NCBI RefSeq assembly: GCF_006345805.1
Contig: NW_021827127.1
Location: forward strand, 1 to 11,030
Direction: 5' to 3'
DNA: 11,030 nt
From: Octopus sinensis
Lineage: Eukaryota
Shown here piece by piece: positions 1 to 7,285 of this stretch (positions are counted from its first letter, which is position 1; the number at the start of each line of letters is the position of its first letter). Below the pieces are notes generated by a model, which worked only from the letters and a program-made list of their open reading frames with translations, ran no database searches and had not been told where the DNA came from. Position numbers and translations under genes: made by a program.

Positions 1-62
1 TAATACATACATACGTATGTATGTATGTATGTATGTATGTATGTATGTATGTATGTATGTAT
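1..62. repeat. (TATG)n microsatellite
   Basis: Near-perfect tatg tetramer run. Confidence 0.95.
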
Positions 63-280
63 AGAGGGAGTACTGAAAGAGTCCTTGCTTTACGGCTATG
101 GCGAAAGGCCTGGCTGGAGGCTCAACCTACCGAGCTCTTGTAAAGGGTTTAGAAAAACTGAAGGACCGCTGCAATAATTGTGTGAATCTGAGAGGGTAGT
201 ATGTTGAATAAAATCATAATTAACTGATCCTCCTGTATTTTCTTTTACCCAAAACCAGGAACTTTTCAGCACCCCACGTA
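62..280 (-). mobile_element. Tc1/mariner-type MITE, ~220 bp, full length
   Basis: Imperfect ~30-bp TIRs: tagagggagtactgaaagagtccttgcttt (62-91) vs reverse complement of aaaaccaggaacttttcagcaccccacgta (251-280). TA at both ends. Reverse complement aligns with the copies at 2669-2886, 3081-3213 and 3262-3397. TIR resembles mariner TA|CGAGGG...AAAAGT ends. Confidence 0.8.
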
Positions 281-294
281 GTGTGTGTGTGGGG

Positions 295-563
295 GGGGGT
301 GCATGACCTAGTACTTTGGGTGTTGTACTCACGATCCAATTCCTAGACCGGGTGGTGCGTTATGTTTTTTGAGCAAAGCACTTCATCTCACGCTGCTTTG
401 CGATCACTTCGACGCATGACGCGTGGCACACAGTACACCTGTTCAGATGGAGAGAGTGAGCAAATGTGCGGCACGAACATTTGATCACTATAAAGAAATC
501 CTCTGTGCAGGTCGTTCGACAAAAGCTGGACTCGCATACATCGTCTTCGACTAGAGAGTCCAT
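295..563 (+). mobile_element. tRNA-derived SINE, decayed, with CORE-like central motif
   Basis: Head gcatgacctagtactttgggtgttgtactcacgatc and the motif ttgagcaaagcacttcatctcacg are homologous to 3406-3530. B-box region partly deleted. The 3' limit rests on recall of an octopus SINE consensus. Confidence 0.6.
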
Positions 564-579
564 CATATATATGTATATT

Positions 580-1025
580 GGTTCGGCCGTCGTCGGTGCA
601 ACATCTATATTCCTCCCTGTGCCGGTGAAATCTTATATCTCTGCCGTAAGGCTTTATTTCCATACACGCTAGCTTAATTTAATTCGCCCTTAGTTGAAAG
701 ACACCTGTTGTTATGTCCAGTTATTTGTATTTGTGTAACATTCTCCGTTTTTTTTTTCTGTCCTTATTTTCGTTTACATTCGCTGCCATCTTCCAAAGAA
801 TCTAATACTCTTAGCTTAGTTTTTTCCTTAGAGCTGGCCAGATTGGAGCAATCTCGAGTATAACCAGCCGAAATTGCAAAGATAATCTGGAACTCGACTG
901 AGGAAAGAAAACTCCGAATAACCCGTTCTTGTTTTCTTTGTATCGTCTGTCTGGATGTTTGTTGTCCCTTTTTTGTATCACCTAACTGTCTGGATGTTTT
1001 GCGTTCTTGTTCCATTTTGTATTTT
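580..1025. repeat. Unclassified interspersed repeat (probable retroelement remnant)
   Basis: Resembles a common octopus repeat as recalled from memory. Internal duplication of tttgtatc...ctgtctggatgttt (937-960 and 972-999). Bounded by TA/CA microsatellites. Confidence 0.35.
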
Positions 1026-1072
1026 ATACACACATACACGCGCGCGCGCGCTCACACACACATATATATATG

Positions 1073-1458
1073 TTCTTTTATTCTTTAACGTGTTTCAGTA
1101 TTTTGAATGTGACCATGCTGGAGCATCGCCTTTGGTCGAACAAGTCGATCCCAGGACTTATTCTTTGTAAGCCGAGTACTTATTTTATCGGGCTCTTTGC
1201 CGAACCGCTAAGTTACGGAGACGTAAACACACCAGCATCGGTTGTCAAGCGATGGTGGGGGCGGGTGACAAACACAGACACACAAACACACACATACATA
1301 TATACGACGGGCTTCTTTCAGTTTCCGTCTACCAAATCCACTCACAAGGCTTTGGTCGGCGCGAGGCTATAGTAGAAGACACTTGCCCGAGGTTCCATGC
1401 AGTGGGACTGAACCCGGAACAACGTGGTTGGTAAGCAAGCTACTTACCACACGACCAC
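1073..1458 (-). mobile_element. tRNA-derived SINE, near full length
   Basis: Minus strand has A-box-like TGGTCGTGTGG, B-box-like GGTTCAGTCCC, motif cctcgggcaagtgtcttctac, an internal (TG) tract and an A-rich tail aaagaataaaagaa. Homologous to 7286-7522. Confidence 0.85.
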
Positions 1459-1584
1459 ATATCACATGGTAATGTTTTTTCGAATATTTTGATGAGTGTG
1501 AATAAAACTTTATTTGTCTTTCTTTGTAAAGTATGTGCGCACTCCCGCTCTCCTACCATCTTCCATTAAAAAAACAAAAATATT

Positions 1585-1750
1585 TCCTTTGTGCACTAGT
1601 TGCGAACATCTGTGCGCGCGCACAAGCGCACAGCTGAGCGGAAACGTTGCTGCTGAGAACTACCTTACTCTTAAACGGGATAACAGTTTTTTTTCTTTTG
1701 ACACACGTTCGTAAGCGACCAACAAAAGGGCATTGAGCGAGTGTGTGTGT
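1585..1750. repeat. Unclassified ~165-bp dispersed repeat, copy A
   Basis: Aligns colinearly with 3981-4140 (tcctttgtg..ctagttg..aacatctgtgc..tactcttaaacg..acacacgttcgtaag..caaaagggcatt). Both copies run into (TG)n. Confidence 0.8.
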
Positions 1751-1900
1751 GGTGTGTGCATGTGTTAATAAGAGGAATGTGTATGTGTGTCTGTGTGTGT
1801 ACGGAGCGGCGTATTGTTTGCGTGTGTGAGGATGTATGTGTGTATGAGTGTGTATTAATGTGTGTGAAAGTGTCTGTGAATATATGCGCGTGTTATGTGA
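1741..1900. repeat. Degenerate (TG)n microsatellite
   Basis: TG/TA dinucleotide-rich tract. Confidence 0.8.
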
Positions 1901-2159
1901 TACGGAATATGGGTGCCTTTCTCGCTGTTAGAGCCCCATTTGCATTTTCCTGTTGTAACTTTGTTTTTTTTTTGTTATTGTTATTAGAGAGCAGGCGCCG
2001 TCCGTGATCTTTGCAGCCTACCCCCGCTTTTAACAAACAGATTGATGGGGGTCGATGCGTGGTTAAAGTTCAGAGTGACCTTATGTAAGTGTAATGAATG
2101 TCGGGAAGTTGAACGGGGAACGTGGGAACGGAGAGATTTCGAGAGGTGCTGGGTAAAAA

Positions 2160-2207
2160 CAAAAACAACAATAACAACAACAACAACAACAACAATAACA
2201 ACAACAG

Positions 2208-2238
<31 letters not shown>

Positions 2239-2322
2239 AACAATAACAATAATAATAATAATAATAATAACAATAATAATGATGATGATGATAATAATAA
2301 TAATAATAATAAAAATAATAAA

Positions 2323-2361
<39 letters not shown>
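2160..2361. repeat. Compound trinucleotide microsatellite (AAC)n-(AAT)n-(GAT)n-(AAT)n
   Basis: Read directly. Explains the poly-T/I/N/L ORFs. Confidence 0.97.
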
Positions 2362-2364
<3 letters not shown>

Positions 2365-2668
2365 GTATCTAGAGTTAGGTTTAATGTGTAGGTAGGAAAC
2401 GAAACACAAGAAGAAGAGGAGAGACGAGGAAATTCGATGAGCGGAATTGGTGTGAAATGGAATTGATATGAAGTTTTGCTATACGTAGAAACCATTGCAG
2501 TCAATCATAGCTAAGATTATAGCTAAGATTTCGACCGATGGAGCCCTTTTTTTTTTATTAAAACTGATTCATCATTAGCATCTAATTTGTAAAATTTTGT
2601 TGTATCTTGGGTGGTGATGGGGGTCATTATGCCAATAATAATAACACATGCACAGGTTCAATTCAATC

Positions 2669-2886
2669 TACAAGGGGGGCTGAAAAGTCCCTGGCCTTGG
2701 GTAAAAGAAAAATACAGGACAATCAGTTAATTATGATCTTATTCAACATATTCTCAGATACACACGCTTATTGCAGCAGTTCTTTAGTTTTTCTGAACTC
2801 TTGTAAAAGAACTCAGAGGGTTGGGCCTCCAGCCAAGTATTTCATGATACACTTAAAGCCAGGAACTTTTCAGTACTCCATAGCTA
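2669..2886 (+). mobile_element. Mariner-type MITE, full length
   Basis: Starts tacaaggggggctgaaaagtccctggc and ends aaagccaggaacttttcagtactccatagcta. Inverse of 62-280. Confidence 0.8.
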
Positions 2887-3061
2887 CAGATTTACCAATA
2901 TGTTCATCTCTTGTTCAAAGACAGAAAATATAATATACAGAAAATTTGGCTGTTATTTCAAGCAGTTCAAGCAACCACACAGAGCTCTTTCAGAAAGTCA
3001 TAAAAAAAACGAAACCATAGGATTTAAAAACAATATGACATAAATTTGATAAATAGAATTC

Positions 3062-3397
3062 ATGGTATATAATTTGATATTCCCCTCTCAGATTCACACA
3101 CTTATTGCAGCAGCCCTTCAGTTTTTCTAAGCCCTTTAAAAGAACCCAGAGTGTTGGGCCTCCAGCCAAGTGTTTCAAGATACCCTTAAAGCCAGGAACT
3201 TTTCAATACCCCATAGGTACAGATTAACCAATATGTTATATAATGGTATATAATTTGATATTCCCCTCTCAGATTCACACACTTATTGCAGCGGTCCTTC
3301 AGTTTTTCTAAGCCCTGTAAAAACTCGGAAGGTTGGGCCTCCAGTCAGGTCTTTCGCTATAGCCTTGAAGCCAGGAACATTTTAACACATCTTCGTA
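3062..3397 (+). mobile_element. Two tandem 5'-truncated MITE copies (~181-bp period)
   Basis: atggtatataatttgatattcccctctcagattcacacacttattgcag starts at both 3062 and 3243. Each unit ends in the right TIR (aagccaggaac...). Confidence 0.85.
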
Positions 3398-3405
3398 TTT
3401 ATCGT

Positions 3406-3647
3406 GGAGGTGTGTGACTTAGTGGTTAGGGTGCTGGATTCGTGATCGTAAGACTTTTGTTTCGATTCCTGATAACCTAGTAATACATTGTATTCTTGAG
3501 CAAAACACTTCATTTCGCATTGCTCCAGTTAACTCTGCTGGCAAGAATGAGTGACCCTGCGTCGGACCGGGTCCCATCTACGAAGAAATTTACGTACGTC
3601 AGAGAAACCGGGAAATTAGATTTATGCTCCTTATAGAGTAATGAGGA
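3406..3647 (+). mobile_element. tRNA-derived SINE, decayed, with CORE-like central motif
   Basis: A-box-like tgacttagtgg, B-box-like gtttcgattcc, then ttcttgagcaaaacacttcatttcgcattgctccag. Head shared with 295-563. The 3' limit is approximate. Confidence 0.65.
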
Positions 3648-3653
3648 CCGACC

Positions 3654-3814
3654 ATTCTTAGTCAATTGGTTAAATATCTAACCGACTAATTATTCAATCG
3701 TTTGTTTAATGAGCTGGTTTATCAGTCAAATTTATTCCGTCGCTGTTTAACCTGCACATTAAACAAACGATTGATCAGTTAGTTGGTTAGATATTTAACC
3801 AGTTTACTAAGTAT
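3654..3814. mobile_element. Foldback/MITE-like element with long inverted repeats
   Basis: 3654-3711 is the reverse complement of 3757-3814 at 51/58 positions, extending inward imperfectly to ~72-bp arms. Ends CTTAG...CTAAG, TA on the right and TT on the left. Confidence 0.75.
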
Positions 3815-3980
3815 AAAGAAGTGGAATTGAACCTGTGCTTGTATTATTATTGGCCTAATGATTTTCCCAAGACAAAAAAACACCTGTTTCAATACACGAA
3901 TTCACATCATGAATCTTGCAAACAAAATACAAAAACGAAACCAAATTAAAATATGAGATAATTATAAAAAATTTTTTATC

Positions 3981-4140
3981 TCCTTTGTGTTCTAGTTGTA
4001 TAACATCTGTGCAATCACACGAGTGCAGAGCCTAGCGGAAATTACTGCGCAGAACCACTCTACTCTTAAACGAAATGACAGTTTTTTTTTACACACGTTC
4101 GTAAGTGGCCAGCAAAAGGGCATTAAACGAGTATGTGTGT
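3981..4140. repeat. Unclassified ~165-bp dispersed repeat, copy B
   Basis: Homologous to 1585-1750, same orientation. Confidence 0.8.
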
Positions 4141-4160
4141 AGATGTTAACAAGGCCGGTT

Positions 4161-4598
4161 ACTCAGAACGTAACGGCAGACCTATTTCTTTACTACCCAC
4201 AAGGGGCTAAACACAGAGGGAACAAACAAGGACAGACACACGGATTAAGTCGATTACATCGACCCCAGTGCATAACTGGTACTTATTTAATCGACCCCGA
4301 AAGGATGAAAGGCAAAGTCGACCTCGGCGGAATTTGAACTCAGAACGTAACGGCAGGCGAAATACCTATTTCTTTACTACCCACAAGGGGTTAAACACAG
4401 GGGGGACAAACAAGGACAGACAAACGGATTAAGTCGATTACATCGACCCCAGTGAGTAACTGGTACTTATTTAATCGACCCCGAAAGGATGAAAGGCAAA
4501 GTCGACCTCGGCGGAATTTGAACTCAGAACGTAACGGCAGACGAAATACGGCTACGCATTTCGCCCGGCGTGCTAACGATTCTGCCAGCTCGCCGCCT
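4161..4598 (-). mobile_element. tRNA-derived SINE, tandem multimer (one head, two bodies, start of a third)
   Basis: Minus-strand head GGCGGCGAGCTGGCAGAATCGTTAGC. actcagaacgtaacggcag recurs at 4161, 4338 and 4522 (periods 177 and 184). B-box GTTCAAATTCC present twice. Confidence 0.9.
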
Positions 4599-4995
4599 TA
4601 ATGGAATGTAATATAACTGATGAGAAAATACCATTGTTGCATTGTCTGCCCACCTGTTTTCTCTTTTTCATTCTCGAAAATACTGCGAGTAGGCTTATGG
4701 GTACACGCATTTGTATCTGGTTTTGATCCAGATCAGCAACAATTTCTCTATTATATACACAGGTCCTTGTAATTTCTTTGTTATTATCGGCGACTTTGTG
4801 ACGGCAGAACCGTTTAATACATTTAAACTCCTTTACTTGTCCTTAAGAGATTGTCGATTGAGACAATTTACAAATCATGTGCGATCGCCTTTATTTCTTT
4901 TTTTATCCTTCATGCTGGTTCATTATCGTAAATTTAACCTCTGAATTAAGTGACTTCTGTTTCTTGCCTGGGATATTTGCAAATTCTTTCTTCTG

Positions 4996-5478
4996 TAGGC
5001 TCAAAGCCCGAGCTTTTCTTTTTTCTTTTTCTTTTTTTTTTTTTTGTAGAGGGTGGGAGTGAGGAGCTAGTTGATTACATCGACACCAGTGCTCAACTGG
5101 TATTTATTTTATGGAAGGCGGCGAGCTGGCAGAATCGTTAGCACGCCGGGCGAAGTGCTTAGCGGTATTTCGTCTGCCGTTGCGTTCTGAGTTCAAATTC
5201 CGCCGAGTTTGACTTTGCCTTTCATCCTTTCGGGGTCGATAAATTAAGTACCAGTTACGCACTGGGGCCGATATAATCGACTTAATTCGTTTGTCTGTCC
5301 TTGTTTGTCCTCTCTGTGTTTAGCCCCTTGTGGGTAGTAAAGAAATAGGTAATTATTTTGTGGGAAGGATGAAAGGGAAAGATCGATCACGGTGGCATTT
5401 GAACTCGGAACGAAAAGTCGGAAGAAATAACGCTGAGCATTTTGTCGGATATGCTTACGATTCTGCCGGCTTTCCACC
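4996..5478 (-). mobile_element. Older related SINE, split by the insertion at 5117-5350
   Basis: 5070-5116 (gttgattacatcgacaccagtgctcaactggtatttatttt) continues at 5353-5478 (aaggatgaaaggg...gaactcggaacg...acgattctgcc), colinear with the SINE family at 4161-4598. Left boundary approximate. Confidence 0.75.
5117..5350 (+). mobile_element. tRNA-derived SINE monomer, relatively young
   Basis: A-box TGGCAGAATCG (5127-5137), B-box GTTCAAATTCC (5191-5201), tail gtaaagaaataggt. Imperfect TSD ttattttatggaagg / ttattttgtgggaagg. Confidence 0.92.
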
Positions 5479-5488
5479 TTGCTTCTAA

Positions 5489-5689
5489 TTTTGGTATAAG
5501 ACCAGCAGTTTTGAAGGCAGAGGTAAGTAACTTACACCAACGTCATTGCTGATATTTATTTTATCGACTCCGAAAGTATGAAAGACAAAGATGACTACGG
5601 CGGCCATTGAATTACGAACGTAAGAAGCCGGAAAAAAATGCCGCTACGCTTTTCATCCGACGCGGTAACGATTCTGCTAGCTCACTGCC
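5489..5689 (-). mobile_element. Old decayed SINE of the same superfamily
   Basis: ttattttatcgactccgaaagtatgaaagacaaag...aacgattctgctagctcactgcc is colinear with the copies above. Confidence 0.75.
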
Positions 5690-6219
5690 TTTAGGATATT
5701 TGCAAATGTTAAGATAAACCTTTGCTTTGTATGACAACTTTCGTGTAGTAAGTTTCGTAAAGTAGTTGCGGCATGACTGCTGAAAGAAAAACGATTCTAG
5801 GAGAAAATGCGATGATGATAATGCTGTTCGGTGACACGCATCAGCGCAGACGTAGGAATGATTGAATTTGAGCGCTGAACCATAGAGCGAATTCTTAAAG
5901 AAAAAGTGCGCTCGGGAATGAAAATAATCATTACTACAGGTGATCGTAGACGCTGTTATAACACTGCTGAGTATGGAGAAAAATTTCGTGTGAGCGCGCA
6001 GAAATGAAAATGGTCGTATTTGGGGGTTGTCGTAAACCGGATAAATGTTGTATGTCAGGGAGTGTCAGTTTTTGTTCAAACTCTCAAGGTCAACTGTTCA
6101 TCAATCCGATGTCCATAAACAGAATAGGTGTTAAGTACAAGAGTCAATTTCTCTGTTTCCCTAAAAGAGCCAAACAACATCAATAAAAGATACACATATA
6201 TATAACTCTGAGTCCTATT

Positions 6220-6415
6220 ATGCCAACTTACTGATTGTCCTAGATCGCTAGCCACTACACATTCTTTATTTTCCCTGCTTCTTTCTGTGTTCCTTTCTGT
6301 GGAAGAGCGTAGGCTCGAAAAGTTAAAGACTTTTTCACTTCCCGAGCGTTAAACTAATACATCTGTTTGTTGTCTACACCCCTGTCTTCGTCTTTTGCTT
6401 TTTTTGTGAATTCTC

Positions 6416-6418
<3 letters not shown>
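6220..6418 (+). mobile_element. Short repeat abutting (TA)n, probable Penelope-like terminal fragment with decayed hammerhead-like motif
   Basis: CTTT-CTGTGGA-A-GAGC(GTAG)GCTC-GAAA-AG-TT-AAAG at 6293-6328. Family and limits partly from recall of octopus repeats. Confidence 0.5.

Positions 6419-6463
<45 letters not shown>
6419..6463. repeat. (AT)n microsatellite
   Basis: Perfect AT run. Confidence 0.97.
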
Positions 6464-6464
<1 letters not shown>

Positions 6465-6613
6465 TTTAAGACAAACTGTTCGACGAACGGGAACGTGAAA
6501 TTCTGAGTAACAGCTTTTGTTATATTTCTGCTTCTTTTAAATAAAGCATATTACTCTACTCTGGTATTTGAATACTCTTTTTTCCACCTATTTCACATTT
6601 ATGTGCTTACTCC

Positions 6614-6614
<1 letters not shown>
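6464..6614 (+). mobile_element. ~150-bp hammerhead-bearing element, copy 1
   Basis: About 86% identical by manual alignment to the reverse complement of 6790-6938. Flanked by (TA)n on both sides. Confidence 0.8.
6471..6520 (+). ncRNA. Type I hammerhead ribozyme motif, core partly mutated
   Basis: Stem I CTGT(6476-79)/ACAG(6510-13) plus ACAAA/TTTGT; core TCGACGA; stem II ACG-GGAA-CGT; GAAA; helix III ATTC-T-GAGT; GUA triplet, predicted cut after 6509. Confidence 0.65.
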
Positions 6615-6679
<65 letters not shown>

Positions 6680-6789
6680 ATATATATATGTATGTTGTAT
6701 GTTATGTATGTATGTATATGTATGTATGTATGTATCTCTCACTCTCTCTCTCTCTCTCTCTCTCTATTATATATATATATATATATATA
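6615..6789. repeat. Compound microsatellite (TA)n-(TATG)n-(CT)n-(TA)n
   Basis: Read directly. Forms the spacer between the inverted elements. Confidence 0.95.
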
Positions 6790-6937
6790 CCGGATAAACA
6801 CATAAATGTGAAACAAGGTGGAAAAAAGAGTACTCAAATACCAGTGGTAGAGTAATATGCTTTATTTTAAGCAGCAGAAATTCAACAAAACCTGTTACTC
6901 TGAGTTTCTCGTTGCCGTTCATCAGACAGTTTTTTTG

Positions 6938-6938
<1 letters not shown>
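6790..6938 (-). mobile_element. ~150-bp hammerhead-bearing element, copy 2 (inverted)
   Basis: Reverse complement of 6464-6614. Flanked by (TA)n on both sides. Confidence 0.8.
6883..6937 (-). ncRNA. Type I hammerhead ribozyme motif with canonical core
   Basis: Minus strand: CAAAAAAA-CTGT-CTGATGA-A-CG(GCAA)CG-A-GAAA-CTC-A-GAG-TA^ACAG-G-TTTTGTTG. Predicted cut between 6896 and 6895. Confidence 0.8.
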
Positions 6939-6975
<37 letters not shown>

Positions 6976-6980
6976 CTATA

Positions 6981-7051
<71 letters not shown>

Positions 7052-7082
7052 CACGTCCTTTATATATAAGTTTTATTCTATA

Positions 7083-7132
<50 letters not shown>
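6939..7132. repeat. Interrupted (TA)n microsatellite
   Basis: Long TA runs with a short insert at ~7051-7082. Confidence 0.95.
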
Positions 7133-7285
7133 CATTTAGGTTCAAACAAATAAACAAGAGAAAGATGTCAATTAATTTTAATTCCAAAATCTTAAAGCTG
7201 ATCAGGGGTTCTCAAATTCCACAACGCAAACAGAAAGTGGATAGCAATTTTTAGGACTGACTTTTACATTTTTTTCTAATATCTG

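Noticed and set aside
1027-1072. Alternating purine-pyrimidine tract with (CG)n, potential Z-DNA
   Set aside because: Short and typical of the many CA/TA microsatellites here; no sign of function.
2108-2125. gaacggggaacgtg resembling hammerhead stem II of 6487-6497
   Set aside because: No core or flanking homology.
1984-2504. ORFs of 89-144 aa rich in poly-I/T/N/L
   Set aside because: Read-through of the AAC/AAT microsatellite; no domain signal.
2507-2530. 12-bp tandem duplication atagctaagatt, possible excision footprint
   Set aside because: Indistinguishable from ordinary slippage without an occupied allele.
4161-4598. Regularly spaced direct repeats suggestive of CRISPR
   Set aside because: Whole ~180-bp units repeat with no unique spacers; eukaryotic SINE context.
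4616-4630. CTGATGA-GAAA
   Set aside because: No stem II between the core halves; chance match.
5117-5205. tRNA-like sequence with A and B boxes
   Set aside because: SINE head continuing into SINE body; no complete cloverleaf. Same for the other SINE heads.
96-5477. Short ORFs over MITEs and SINEs (e.g. 96-332, 1007-1372, 2607-2933, 4143-4337, 5244-5477)
   Set aside because: Lie within non-coding repeats; no transposase or reverse transcriptase motifs seen.
6205-6213. ACTCTGAGT palindrome like helix III of the nearby hammerheads
   Set aside because: No CUGANGA, stem II or GAAA upstream; a 9-mer can occur by chance.
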